64,000 bases of DNA from Candidatus Zhuqueibacterota bacterium (GCA_049322915.1 JBMOPW010000044.1:32001-96000); one strand, 5' to 3'; positions 9,989-20,807 are shown, counted from the stretch's first letter. Program-made: numbers and translations. Notes: generated from the sequence alone by a model not told the origin.

Positions 9989-11128
9989 ATGGTTGAAAAA
10001 ACATCGTCGCACAGTGTCTGCCGCTGGACGTTTCATGCCGGAAAAGGGGGCTTCGTGCCAGGGGATGTTCGTCCCGATTGGCAGTCCAACCGACTCGATG
10101 CAGTTGGCGTCATTGCGCTTGTCAGGGAGAAAATCGCTCCCAGATTACCTGGCTTCATTGAGCTGGGTTTTGAACTGCATTACAATACTGAAGTGGATGA
10201 ATCCACTGCGCAATTCGTCGCCGAGGCCATGGAAGAGAGCGGCATCTATTTAGCCATGATCACTCCCGGGGCGCACAGCCATTTTGCCTACGGCGGTATT
10301 TCATCGATCGATCCTCGGGAACGAGCGGCGGCGCAGCAGTTGGGGACGCGAACCCTGGAATTGGCGTATGGTCCTTTGAGACGGGCGTGGCACCCTGAGC
10401 CGGAAAAGTCACCGACATTTGTTCTTTGGAATGGCTCGTTCGGTTATGATCTGGCTTCCATCGGAATCCAGCAGATGTATCAGAATCTCAAACAAAGCGT
10501 GGCCGAAATGTGCGCGCTCGAAGCAAAAATGGGCGGCGAGCTTTATATCGGCTTTGAGCCCAAACCCAATGAGGGCCATCCGGCCATGCTCATTCCCACG
10601 GTCGCCAGTGCGCTGCTGTTTTGGTACCGGCTGGAACAGGAATTTGGCGTGTCGCGACAGAAGAAGGGCGTGAACAAGGAATTTGGTCACTCCGAAATGA
10701 TCGGTCTGGACCATGTTTACGATACAGTCGAGGAACTGGACAACAGCGCGATGGTTCACATGCACTTGAACAGCCAGGGCTACAATGATGGCATCATTCT
10801 GGGCGGCCCCGGAAAATACGACATCGATCATGGAGCGCGCGTGAACGGAATGAATATTGCCATCGCCGGCCTCGTACGTCGGGCGGGATTCAATCGCTGG
10901 AAAGGCCACGACATGCAGGCGCGCGCCTACGATAACGCAGACCAGGGTATTGACCGGGTTGTGCGCAGCATTCTGAGTTGGGAGGCATGCGATTTTGCCG
11001 CACGTCAATTGAATGAAAGCGAATTGGTGGGATATTTGAAAGCGAGAGAGACGGCCAAAGCTGAAGATATAATGCGGGATGCTGTGGTGACTGCTCAGAT
11101 GAAGTTCAATGAAATGTATCACCGATGA
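9989..11128 (+). CDS. Xylose isomerase-like TIM-barrel sugar isomerase
   Basis: CRWTF, LWNG, FEPKPNEG, NKEFGH, HMHLNSQ, YDID motifs. Confidence 0.8.
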   Translation: MVEKTSSHSVCRWTFHAGKGGFVPGDVRPDWQSNRLDAVGVIALVREKIAPRLPGFIELGFELHYNTEVDESTAQFVAEAMEESGIYLAMITPGAHSHFAYGGISSIDPRERAAAQQLGTRTLELAYGPLRRAWHPEPEKSPTFVLWNGSFGYDLASIGIQQMYQNLKQSVAEMCALEAKMGGELYIGFEPKPNEGHPAMLIPTVASALLFWYRLEQEFGVSRQKKGVNKEFGHSEMIGLDHVYDTVEELDNSAMVHMHLNSQGYNDGIILGGPGKYDIDHGARVNGMNIAIAGLVRRAGFNRWKGHDMQARAYDNADQGIDRVVRSILSWEACDFAARQLNESELVGYLKARETAKAEDIMRDAVVTAQMKFNEMYHR

Positions 11129-11170
11129 GGAATGCGAACCATTCCGGCGCGTTCATACTTCACCCCTTCC

Positions 11171-11206
11171 AAAAAAAATGGTCTCCATTGTTGTGGAGAC
11201 CATTTT
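11171..11206. terminator. Bidirectional intrinsic terminator
   Basis: AAAAAAAATGGTCTCCA-ttgttg-TGGAGACCATTTT between convergent genes. Confidence 0.85.
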
Positions 11207-11211
11207 AAATT

Positions 11212-12159
11212 TTATTCCATTTTTCCGGGATAGGCAGTCCCTGATATTTCAGCGAGATACTTTTCCGCCTCCATGGCGGCCATGGCGCCAGCCCCGGCAG
11301 AGGTGATGGCCTGTCGGTAAACCGGATCCTGAACATCGCCGGCAGCAAACACAGCCGGAACATTGGTGCGCTGGCGCTTGTCGGTGATGATGATGTTTGA
11401 TTCGTCCAGATTTATCTGTCCCTGGAAAATTTGCGTATTGGGAATGTGGCCGATGAAGACAAATACTCCATCGGTTTTGACTATCTGCTCTTCGCCCGTA
11501 TTGACATCCCTCAACCGCACACTATTCACGCCGCCCATCTCCTTGCCGATGATCTCTTCAACGACCGAATTCCAGATGAAATGCATTTTCTCATTGGCGT
11601 TGGCGCGCGCCTGAAGATGCGGATTGGCCCGGAGTCGTTCACGGCGATGGACAATGGTCACGGATGAAGCGAATCGCGTGAGGAACAGGCTCTCATCCAC
11701 CGCGCTATCGCCGCCGCCAACCACGATTACTTTTTTATCTTTGAAGAAAAAGCCATCACATGTGGCGCAATATGAAACGCCCCTGCCAACATACTCTTTT
11801 TCCCCGGGGACATTCAATTTGCGGGGATCGGAGCCGGTGGCGATGATGACGGTTTTGGCCTCATAAACTTTTTCTCTGCCCTGTATTTTCAGCGGTAGGC
11901 TTTTGAAATCAACGGAGACAGCCGTGTCGTTGATGATCCGCGCTCCGAATCGTTCAGCCTGTTTCTCCATGGTCTGAAATAATTCAAAGCCGGAAACTCC
12001 CTCTGCAAAGCCGGGGTAATTGTCCAGTGAATCTGTAATTGTGACCTGGCCGCCGGGTTGATCGCCGCGCAGGATGATTGGCGACAATTCCGCTCGTGCT
12101 GCATAAATTGCAGCGCTCAGTCCGGCAGGTCCTGTACCGAGTATGACTACATTTTCCAT
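11212..12159 (-). CDS. trxB: Thioredoxin-disulfide reductase
   Basis: GTGPAG, CATCDG, GGGDSA, FAAGDV. Confidence 0.97.
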   Translation of the reverse strand: MENVVILGTGPAGLSAAIYAARAELSPIILRGDQPGGQVTITDSLDNYPGFAEGVSGFELFQTMEKQAERFGARIINDTAVSVDFKSLPLKIQGREKVYEAKTVIIATGSDPRKLNVPGEKEYVGRGVSYCATCDGFFFKDKKVIVVGGGDSAVDESLFLTRFASSVTIVHRRERLRANPHLQARANANEKMHFIWNSVVEEIIGKEMGGVNSVRLRDVNTGEEQIVKTDGVFVFIGHIPNTQIFQGQINLDESNIIITDKRQRTNVPAVFAAGDVQDPVYRQAITSAGAGAMAAMEAEKYLAEISGTAYPGKME

Positions 12160-12457
12160 GTTATAACCTCACAATTAACTGCTACGACTACCTGTTCATA
12201 TATCGGGTTACGAATTAGCGATGGAAGCAAATATAAAAATAATCCAAAATTTTCAAAACGATTTTTTATGAACAAACCGAATGCATCTGAATTTTAATTT
12301 TCATGATGATTAAAATTACTTGTATTAGATGCAATCGATGCCTGGAAGATTCAGGTCATGGAGGATGCCCGAAATAAAAAAGCGAGCTGCATCAGGGCAT
12401 CTCGCTTGTCATTTCCTGCATGAACTCGATGGGCAATTCCATCGTGTCAACTTACGA

Positions 12458-13267
12458 TTAAAACATCGTTCGCAGATTCAGTGAAATTTCTCCGCGGTCG
12501 TAATTGGTGTGAACATTGAGACTCACATTGCCGGCGTTCATTTTATCGATATTTTTGTTGTAACTTCGGGTCCGCCAGACTGCATCGAAAGCGCTGATGA
12601 TATGATTGGCAAAGATGCCGCCCAAAACGAAGACAGACCGATTGTAGGAACGGTCACTGGCAATTCGCAACTGTTCAAAATCATGGCGGTTGATGTCGGA
12701 ATCCCAGGCCCAAAAATAATCGTCATCGGTATAGACTTTATCGAATTGGCGCATGCGTTGTTTAGCGTCGTTATATTCGGCAACATTGGAATAATTCCCA
12801 ATGTCGACAAGAAACTGGGAGGGTTTCCCATCAGGTTGCGCGCCGGAATGCGTCGCTGCAAATGCAATGGCGTCATCCCTGAGCCAATTGCCATAGGTCC
12901 GAAACGAGAAAAAGCTGACCCAAAGCGAGATCTCTGTGATGAAGAAAGATTTGGCGAGCGTGTGATGGCCGAGATAATGCTCGCCGGCCCCGGGCAGCAG
13001 TAACGATCGCAAAAAGGCTTTGCCGCGATTTTTATACCCTGCGCTTTCAGGTTTTTCATCGCCAAAGGTGACATCCATTGCGGCGGACGCTGCGTTCAAC
13101 TCATGCGCGGAGCGAAGACCGTCAAGCACGTCGGCGCGGGCAATGCCCAGTGGCGAGGGCGCTTTGAGCGACTGATACCCATCTCCCGCAGTCAACGATG
13201 GTTGTCCCAGAAGGAGTATCACGACTGAAGCGATTATTGATGTGGAAAATTTCATGAATACTACCAT
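12458..13267 (-). CDS. DUF5683-like exported/membrane protein
   Basis: Signal peptide; KAFLRSLLLPGAGEHY; NHIISAFDA; C-terminal amphipathic strand ending in F. Confidence 0.6.
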   Translation of the reverse strand: MVVFMKFSTSIIASVVILLLGQPSLTAGDGYQSLKAPSPLGIARADVLDGLRSAHELNAASAAMDVTFGDEKPESAGYKNRGKAFLRSLLLPGAGEHYLGHHTLAKSFFITEISLWVSFFSFRTYGNWLRDDAIAFAATHSGAQPDGKPSQFLVDIGNYSNVAEYNDAKQRMRQFDKVYTDDDYFWAWDSDINRHDFEQLRIASDRSYNRSVFVLGGIFANHIISAFDAVWRTRSYNKNIDKMNAGNVSLNVHTNYDRGEISLNLRTMF

Positions 13268-14118
13268 TTCATCTTGAGTGATAACACAGGTTGCAGATGA
13301 TCCGCATAATAGATTTGTTCAATTCGTAGTGATGTTTTGATTAATGAATTGTTATGTCTTTTGGCCGTCCAGGCTGCATCGATGGCGCTGAAAAGATGGT
13401 TGAGCATGGCAATCGTCGTGCCGGTTTTGGCCTTATCGAAGAGGTCATTGCTCTCGGCGCGCATAGTCATGTAATCGTCAGCGATCTGGCATTCATTGCG
13501 TCGGTATTCCAGCAGTTCTTCGTACGTTAAATCGTTGCGCGCGCCTTCCCAGCCAGAGACAAATTCGGCGTACTTGCCGATCATTTCATAATATTGTTGC
13601 GTCTTCGACCCTTCGTCCAGCAAATCTACCATGTGGCTTGCATGGGTGAAACTTGACTTATACTCATCAGGCACGTTTTCATACCAGGATTTCCATTTCA
13701 GAGGATCCCAATTTTCATCGGCAAAGTCTTCGTACTCACTCTCTTTATCCTGTCCTTTTTTCGTGTAGACGCCGTAATAGGTCCAGGCGCTCGCTTCAAT
13801 CAGGAAAAAAGCAGCGGCTTTCCAATACGATTTCGCGTAGAGTTCACCAGTGCCGGGAATGACGGCTGAGAAGAACAACGCCTTTTTCGGGAGTTTGTAG
13901 CCCGGCAATTTCGCCAATTGCTGTTCGCGGGTGAGGTTGGTGCTGTCCTGCCAGGCTGAAGCGATTGGGCTTACAAATTTCGAAACCATCTCTGTGCTTC
14001 TGGATGGACTTAAAATAGAATATGCGTTTCCATTGGTATCTGAAGGCTCCCCGGCGTAACCAGTGCTCATCATAAAAATCAAGACGAATAACAGGGTAAT
14101 TGGGCGTGACTGTTTCAT
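13261..14118 (-). CDS. DUF5683-like protein, paralog of the neighbour
   Basis: KKALFFSAVIPGTGELY; NHLFSAIDA; ends in W. Confidence 0.6.
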   Translation of the reverse strand: MKQSRPITLLFVLIFMMSTGYAGEPSDTNGNAYSILSPSRSTEMVSKFVSPIASAWQDSTNLTREQQLAKLPGYKLPKKALFFSAVIPGTGELYAKSYWKAAAFFLIEASAWTYYGVYTKKGQDKESEYEDFADENWDPLKWKSWYENVPDEYKSSFTHASHMVDLLDEGSKTQQYYEMIGKYAEFVSGWEGARNDLTYEELLEYRRNECQIADDYMTMRAESNDLFDKAKTGTTIAMLNHLFSAIDAAWTAKRHNNSLIKTSLRIEQIYYADHLQPVLSLKMKW

Positions 14119-14281
14119 CTAAATTTCTCCATAAATTTGGTTAATAAATGAACCTCAATGACCACTCATCAATAGCGTGAAATGTGATGGTTATTTCAAG
14201 TTACACATCAGGGCGCAGCCATCGTTTATAATAATCTTTGTCAGGAAATCAACAGCGCTGTGCAACCGCTTAAGTGACGTG

Positions 14282-17200
14282 TCAATCAAAATAGCCAAAA
14301 CTGACGCCTAAATAATAGCGCCATTCCTGGCCGTATTCTAACACCGTGTTGTCATATTTTTCAATCTTGGTATGCTTATCAAAACCATACGCCGCGTTGA
14401 AAAATATTTTTGTCGGAAAATTGTAGAAGGAAAACATGTCCAGTCTCAGTTCGAGGCCGGCGTTCCCCTTGAAATCAGCGAAGTTCAACTCATCTTCATT
14501 GAAAGCGTTGCCGTAATCATAGAAAATGCCAGCGTATAGCTTGTCAAAATACAGGTGAAAGAGTCGGGTATCCAGATGATTCAGCAACGGAAAACGGTAG
14601 GTGGCCGTGCCGATGAGCATCTTTCTCCCTTCGATGCTGTAAAATGGGTAGCCACGCAGACCGATAAGTCCGCCGGCGAAAAAGTTGAAAAATTCATGAG
14701 TTGGCCGGTCGATCCATCCGCCCTGGACGTGGAGATTGAGCGCATGTTTTCCATTGGCGAACAGACCGATATATTCTTTCCAGTCCAGTTCCACCTTTGA
14801 ATAATTGTAGTCGTCGAAAACTTCGGTCCATGTGCCGTGTTTCGTCAGCTTGAAATCGCTGATGAATTGATTGAATTCATGATTGTATTTGATGGAGATA
14901 ACGCGTCCCCCGGCCGGGTTGATATCCGACGTTGAGCTCGGGTAAACTTCACCGATTTTCCAGCCTAATTGAAGCGTCTTGCCAATGTAGTAGGTGTATT
15001 TAATCGCCGGCATTTCCTGACCCTGGTAGGTGTAATCCGGCTGATAGCGCGCCCGGTACTGATTGAACACAAAGGCCGGCCGCAAACTCTGCGAGTCATT
15101 GAGTTTGAATTCCATGCCTAGGTCGACTTCGGTCAGATCGTAGCGGAAGTTGAACATGGTGCTGATCGTGTCAATTTCATTGGGCGAAAAATCTTCCATT
15201 TCCGAGTGATGCAGTACTTTGTTGTACACTTCCAGAAAGATCGTGGGCTTGAATTTCCGGTAATTGATGATGCCGAAGATGTCGTAATCCCAGTCGCCGT
15301 TGATCGCAAACCCGCCGAAGATGTCGTATTTATCGAGAATGTCGCTGGAGTAAAAATAGGTGCCAAGTTTGGTCGTCCCGTAATCGATCATTACGCGCGG
15401 GAGAAATGAAATTTTCCCATAGGTCAGGGTGTAGGGATTGGATTTTAAATCAGGCGCCGCCGTATCGTCGTAGTGAATGGTCTGGTCCTGAATCCCCTGA
15501 TTGATGAGCACCACATCCTGGTTGTCGCTGGAAGCCAGATGCGTTGGCTTTTCATAGGCGTAGTATTCCGCATTCTTCAATTCGATGGGGCGGGGATTGT
15601 CCAACTGTGCGATTTTAAATCCATCGGATGTATACTCCGAGTAAATCAGCAGACCGTCTTTGCTCAATGAAGGCATGAATGCGCCGCCCAGAACATTGGT
15701 CAACTGCGCCTTCTTTTTGGATGAAATATTGATGGAGTAAATATTGAATACTCCTGTCCGATCCCAACTGAAATAAATATCCTGGCTGTTATCCGCGAAA
15801 ATTGGATCGCGTGCGTCTTTGCCATCATCCACCAGAAGAGTGAGTTGCTTGCCATCCGCGCTGATGAGCGCGAGTTTCTTGCCCTTGCCGCTGGAATACG
15901 AGAAGGCAATCAGCTTGCCGTTGGGAGCCCAGCGCGGCGGGAATATCTGCTCGCCGTTTTTGAACTGAGTGAGATAGGTGAGCTTTTTCGTATCCAATTC
16001 CAGCACAGCGAGATTCTGGCTGCCGTCTTTCATGGTGACAAAGGCCATCTTCTGACCATCGGGCGACCAGTCCGGAGTTTGCGCCCGGAAGTTGCGCGTG
16101 ATCTGTCGCTCGACGTGTTGCTTCAGATCGTAGGTGTAAATATCGTAGAAGTGGGACCCGTTTTTCGTCGGCCGGGAGCGCCGGGAGTAGACGAGTTTTT
16201 CCCCATTGTTGCTCCAACTGACGGACGAGCTGACAGCGCCAGAAATTGAAATTTTCTTTGTTTCGCCGGAAAAGGAATTGAAAATATAAAGCGATGACTG
16301 AGACAGATAATCATTCCCCCGATTGGAAACGAAAGCAAACTTTTTTCCATCAGGCGACCAGGTTGGATACAGGTTGGCGCTGCCCTGGCGGACGATTATT
16401 TTGCCGGCGATTTGGTGTTCCTTGATAGCCCGCGTGCGGAAAGTATACATGTCCAGCAAATAGCTCTTCCATTCATCGTAGAGCTGCTGTTCGTTCTTCC
16501 CGATGGTGCTTTTCAGCGCGCCATTCGCAGTGAACCGGAGCGGTTTCCGCATTTCGCGGAAAACGCGGCGCAGCGTTTCCAGCCCGTAATTTTCAGCCAT
16601 GTATTGAACAAGTGAAAAACCGTGGTTGTAGACCTTTTCGTTATCCAGACTGTTTTTGCCGAATACGCCCATTTCCTTAAAACTGAGCATCGTATTTTCC
16701 AGCACGGACATCCGTAGAATCATATCGCGATGCGAATCCCAATTATCATAATCCAGCTTAGGGAGTTGGTACTGGGCAACCCCCTCGGCCAGCCAGTTGG
16801 GTACTGTGGTCATGGCCAGAGGATAGGAGGCAATTTTATGAGGGAATCCATACAGCACGTAGGGATTCTTCTCCGGCTCATAGTCCATGTATTGAAAATA
16901 GAACGCCGGAATCGTGCGCGTAATTTTGCGCGACGCGCCCAATGAAATCATGTGCACGAATTCGTGGGTGACAACATTGCGCAACCAGTTATGGTTCCCC
17001 CGAAGCACAAAGTCCATGGGCGACGCCCATATCTCAACTTTGTTGTCATAATAATACGCGCCGCCGTTGGAATAATCATCATGGTCGCGAATGATGAAAT
17101 GAACTTTGCCATCCGGTTCATACAGGTAAAGGGATGTGACCGGCCAGTAAATTTCTTCAGCAATCTTGGCGACGATGCCAGCCGTACGCTCTGCGCCTTT

Positions 17201-17344
17201 GTGATAGTGAACCTGAAAGTGTTTGGTGTCGATGGTAAGCCAATCCAACTCCGGATGATTGTAGGTAGCCGGCTGAGCCAGCGCGCCAAAACTCAGGGCG
17301 GCTATTATCATCAAAGCCATTGTCGCAGTACTAAAATATTTCAC
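14282..17344 (-). CDS. Gluzincin peptidase + PD40/TolB beta-propeller + Omp85-like barrel protein
   Basis: HEFVH...WLAEGVAQY; repeated WSPDG-type PD40 repeats; GGLIGLRGY, AGLELRL, C-terminal YYLGVSFGYFD. Confidence 0.8.
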   Translation of the reverse strand: MKYFSTATMALMIIAALSFGALAQPATYNHPELDWLTIDTKHFQVHYHKGAERTAGIVAKIAEEIYWPVTSLYLYEPDGKVHFIIRDHDDYSNGGAYYYDNKVEIWASPMDFVLRGNHNWLRNVVTHEFVHMISLGASRKITRTIPAFYFQYMDYEPEKNPYVLYGFPHKIASYPLAMTTVPNWLAEGVAQYQLPKLDYDNWDSHRDMILRMSVLENTMLSFKEMGVFGKNSLDNEKVYNHGFSLVQYMAENYGLETLRRVFREMRKPLRFTANGALKSTIGKNEQQLYDEWKSYLLDMYTFRTRAIKEHQIAGKIIVRQGSANLYPTWSPDGKKFAFVSNRGNDYLSQSSLYIFNSFSGETKKISISGAVSSSVSWSNNGEKLVYSRRSRPTKNGSHFYDIYTYDLKQHVERQITRNFRAQTPDWSPDGQKMAFVTMKDGSQNLAVLELDTKKLTYLTQFKNGEQIFPPRWAPNGKLIAFSYSSGKGKKLALISADGKQLTLLVDDGKDARDPIFADNSQDIYFSWDRTGVFNIYSINISSKKKAQLTNVLGGAFMPSLSKDGLLIYSEYTSDGFKIAQLDNPRPIELKNAEYYAYEKPTHLASSDNQDVVLINQGIQDQTIHYDDTAAPDLKSNPYTLTYGKISFLPRVMIDYGTTKLGTYFYSSDILDKYDIFGGFAINGDWDYDIFGIINYRKFKPTIFLEVYNKVLHHSEMEDFSPNEIDTISTMFNFRYDLTEVDLGMEFKLNDSQSLRPAFVFNQYRARYQPDYTYQGQEMPAIKYTYYIGKTLQLGWKIGEVYPSSTSDINPAGGRVISIKYNHEFNQFISDFKLTKHGTWTEVFDDYNYSKVELDWKEYIGLFANGKHALNLHVQGGWIDRPTHEFFNFFAGGLIGLRGYPFYSIEGRKMLIGTATYRFPLLNHLDTRLFHLYFDKLYAGIFYDYGNAFNEDELNFADFKGNAGLELRLDMFSFYNFPTKIFFNAAYGFDKHTKIEKYDNTVLEYGQEWRYYLGVSFGYFD

Positions 17345-17480
17345 CCTTCATCACCTTCTTTTCAAAATAAAATTAAATCTGATTTCGAAGCAACTGGAAC
17401 AATTTTTTTTTAACGGTAACGCAAAACGCACGCGACGCAAAATGTCGAACGCGCCGGCGAAGCGAGAAAGCGGTCTCAGC

Positions 17481-20400
17481 CTATTTCACCACAGCAATTT
17501 TTATGATGACGGCGCTGGACTCGCTGGCGCTTTCAGCCGCAACGCGGGCTAAATACACCCCGCTCTGTACATTGGTGATATCCCAGACCACTTCGTTTTC
17601 AACATTGGGATAACTGGTTCCTGTCAACTCCGTGACCAGTTCGCCGCTCAGGTCATAAATTCGAATGGAGACTTCGGTTGCCTCGCGGAGATAGTAACGG
17701 ATGGTCGTCGAATTCCCTTCGGTCGGATTGGGATAATTGTACACCAGTTTTTCAGGAAGAAGCTCGGACTGCTTGATCACAGGAGTCAGGTTTTTCTGAA
17801 ACAGGCTTGTGTGTCGCGGATTATTCAAATATCCGCCCCAGTGAATCTGGCTTTCCTTATAATCATAGGGTAGTTGCCAGACGTAACAGTAATCATCTGC
17901 GGTGCGCGCGACCACCTGGAATTTGCCCGATTCAGTGAAGCCAAAAATTCCCGGGCTGGCGACAATTTCGCCTGAAACCGATAACGGGAAATCGCGGACT
18001 TTCTGTCCAACAGCGTCGTAGGCCGGCAGAACGCCGGATTTAGCGCCGCACAAAATTTCGAGAGTGCCGTCGCCTTCCAGATCGGCCAGGATCGGTTCCG
18101 TGGACTCGGTCTGTTCGTAACCTCGTTCGATGAGAACGGGAAAACCAGTTAAAAGCGTTCCATTAAAATGATATGCAAAGAGCCGACCACCGCCGGAGAC
18201 CACAATATCCGGCGCGCCGTTGTTGTCGACATCGCCAATAACGGGATTGGAGAGAGGATACTCGCCCGGCACGCTGAAAGAAACCTGAGTGACGCCAGCA
18301 TTGTCCAGCACGCAGAGTGCGCCATCTCCGGTGGAAAGTGCAATTTCAAAATTACCATCGTTATTCAAATCGAATGCAGCCGGGTGATTCAGCATTGTCA
18401 ATTCGGGGATGACCCGATTCCACACGATATCCCCGTTCGCATTCAACAAAATGACCTCATCGGCTGCAGTAGTCACCACCAGTGCGTTGCGGTCAACCAG
18501 CGGAACAATCGATATTGCCTGAATGGAAGATTCGGTAATCTTTTTCTTCCAGTCCAGAGTCCCTGAAGCCTGGATGTGAAAATAACACAACTCTCCGCTC
18601 TCCAGCCCGACGAGAATTTCCTGATCATCGCCCAATCCTGACAAATCGCTGATCACAGGCACGGTGGTAATGGGCGCGCCGCAGTCGAAAATAAAGGAGG
18701 TATCCGCTCGTCCATCGCCAGTCCTGTCGACGCCGTGCCATCCGAAAAGCAAGCCATTATCCGCGCCGGCCACGACTTCGAGCGCGCCGTCGTTATTCAG
18801 GTCGGCCAATGAGGGTGCAAACATGAAATGCCCGCTATCCGCTTCAGCAAAAACAGCTAACGACACATACGTTGTATCGCCTAACGGACTGACTCGATAG
18901 GTCTCATCGGTATTCTGAATTAGCCTGTCGCCGTTGAATTTCCAGGCGAGGATTTTTCCATCGGTCCGCGCCGCGATGATGTCATTGACGCCATCGCCAT
19001 CGACGTCGCCGGTGACCGGGCTGCTGGCGCCGGAGTTCGGCCCTGCGAATGCTGGAAATCCTGACTGGGAGTTAGTCGTTTTCAGCGTGAAATACATGAT
19101 CGAATCGATCTCGCTGAAATCAGTCATATAAATTCCCGACGGAGCGCCGGAATAGGCATTACTGTTGGGCATGGTCGTGGGTGTGAAAGCGACGACCTCG
19201 GATGAATTCGCAAAAAAATGATCGCTGTTTTGATCCCACCACATGTCGAACACGCCGCCTGATTCATACCCGGTGATGCCGAAAAAATTATAGAAATGGC
19301 CCATGTCCTGGGCCCCGTCCGCTTCGACCAGACCCACGCCGCGGTGATACATGTCCGCGTTGACCCGGTTCTCTTCGAACCGCTGCTCGATGATATTTTC
19401 GTCAATGTGCCAGATCAGAATGCCTGAATGCAGGTACGAAGTGCCGGTGTCGTACGAAGGCATGCCAAAATCATATTCGTCGATGGAGGTGATGACGTCC
19501 AACCGCTGCGTGCCGATGGGCAAATTGATTTCACCGTCATTGGTGAACTCCACCTGCACACCGTTCACGTCTCTACCAATTGCCACATCGCGCGATTTCA
19601 AAACGACGCGTTGCCGATTTTCGATCAGGAAATACTCTTTGGCATTGATGGGAATTTTATAAATCTTGTTGGGATTGCGTGCGAGACTCGCTGCGACAGG
19701 CAGTTTCGTCCCGACAGTCACCTCAATAGGCTGTTCCCAGCCTAAAAAGACTTTGCTCCAGGCGCAGGGCTGCACCGGAATCAACCCCAGGAAACTGCCC
19801 GAACCCTGATCCATCAATCCAAAGCGACCAATGCCGGGATGGCCGGTGTCGGTATCGAATAAATTGGGCAGACCCAACTGATGCCCCATCATGATAGCTG
19901 CGGTACCCAGCATGCCAAAAATGGTGTATCCGCCCTGATTTTCGGTTTCAGGCAGAATGATTCCCTCTTGAATGAAATGAGCGCCGCCGTTCACCGGGAT
20001 GCCCTGATAGGATTCCGACCCCTGTCCCAGATTTTTTTTCAGATCGTTGAGGTTGAGGAAAACGGATGGAATATCGCTCGGCGTTGTATCGAAATCCTGG
20101 GTGAATTCCCAGCCCACGCCGGCATGAAAAATGATGAAGACGTCGAATTGGGAGAAATCAATATCGCTGTCCGAATCGGCGGCCATGATAGCGTCTCTGA
20201 ATAATTCGGCGAGACCGTTGTCCAGCGCCTCGTCGGTGGTGTTCGGATTGTAATAGGCCATGGGATGAGGCAGAGTCCAGACGCTGTCCGCCTGCTGCGG
20301 ATACACGGCGCCTTTGCCCGATTTATCCAGCACCTCCAGGATCAGCTTGCCGGAAGAGACGCTTTCGAAATAATGTTTCAGAGCGCGAAGCTGGTTGGTG

Positions 20401-20741
20401 AAGTATTCAAAATCGTGGGGCGGGGGATTGATCATCACGCTGTCCGTTGCCGATAATTCGAACCAACCATCTCCGGATGTATTGCGGTCGCTGTCCCGCT
20501 GGAATTGCACGCGTATTCCCATAATTCGCAGCGTGTCCGGAACCAGAGATCGGAGCGACGTTGTCCCTGGTTTGGCAAGCCCGTTCGTTCTATCCGTCGC
20601 CGTCATGTCCACCAATTTTAAATACCGGGTGGACGCGCTACTTTTTTGATAGGTTGGAGGCTTGATATTCTCTTTTGTTATGCCAAAATTGACAGCCATC
20701 AGGCATGTCACACCCACCACGACAATATTTTTTAAACCCAT
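17481..20741 (-). CDS. M6/InhA-like protease domain + FG-GAP/VCBS repeats + T9SS CTD
   Basis: IFHAG, GLMDQG, EYFLIENR, GILIWHIDE; repeated DxxxDG; YNYPNP...SGVYLARV...IKIAVVK. Confidence 0.85.
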   Translation of the reverse strand: MGLKNIVVVGVTCLMAVNFGITKENIKPPTYQKSSASTRYLKLVDMTATDRTNGLAKPGTTSLRSLVPDTLRIMGIRVQFQRDSDRNTSGDGWFELSATDSVMINPPPHDFEYFTNQLRALKHYFESVSSGKLILEVLDKSGKGAVYPQQADSVWTLPHPMAYYNPNTTDEALDNGLAELFRDAIMAADSDSDIDFSQFDVFIIFHAGVGWEFTQDFDTTPSDIPSVFLNLNDLKKNLGQGSESYQGIPVNGGAHFIQEGIILPETENQGGYTIFGMLGTAAIMMGHQLGLPNLFDTDTGHPGIGRFGLMDQGSGSFLGLIPVQPCAWSKVFLGWEQPIEVTVGTKLPVAASLARNPNKIYKIPINAKEYFLIENRQRVVLKSRDVAIGRDVNGVQVEFTNDGEINLPIGTQRLDVITSIDEYDFGMPSYDTGTSYLHSGILIWHIDENIIEQRFEENRVNADMYHRGVGLVEADGAQDMGHFYNFFGITGYESGGVFDMWWDQNSDHFFANSSEVVAFTPTTMPNSNAYSGAPSGIYMTDFSEIDSIMYFTLKTTNSQSGFPAFAGPNSGASSPVTGDVDGDGVNDIIAARTDGKILAWKFNGDRLIQNTDETYRVSPLGDTTYVSLAVFAEADSGHFMFAPSLADLNNDGALEVVAGADNGLLFGWHGVDRTGDGRADTSFIFDCGAPITTVPVISDLSGLGDDQEILVGLESGELCYFHIQASGTLDWKKKITESSIQAISIVPLVDRNALVVTTAADEVILLNANGDIVWNRVIPELTMLNHPAAFDLNNDGNFEIALSTGDGALCVLDNAGVTQVSFSVPGEYPLSNPVIGDVDNNGAPDIVVSGGGRLFAYHFNGTLLTGFPVLIERGYEQTESTEPILADLEGDGTLEILCGAKSGVLPAYDAVGQKVRDFPLSVSGEIVASPGIFGFTESGKFQVVARTADDYCYVWQLPYDYKESQIHWGGYLNNPRHTSLFQKNLTPVIKQSELLPEKLVYNYPNPTEGNSTTIRYYLREATEVSIRIYDLSGELVTELTGTSYPNVENEVVWDITNVQSGVYLARVAAESASESSAVIIKIAVVK

Positions 20742-20775
20742 TGTTCGACTTTACTTATCCGATTTGCGTTATTAG

Positions 20776-20807
20776 AAAAATCCGCAAGCGTAAGGATGGC
20801 TTGCGGA
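20776..20807 (-). terminator. Intrinsic terminator/attenuator after porV
   Basis: TCCGCAAGC / GCTTGCGGA stem followed by a T-run on the minus strand. Confidence 0.6.
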
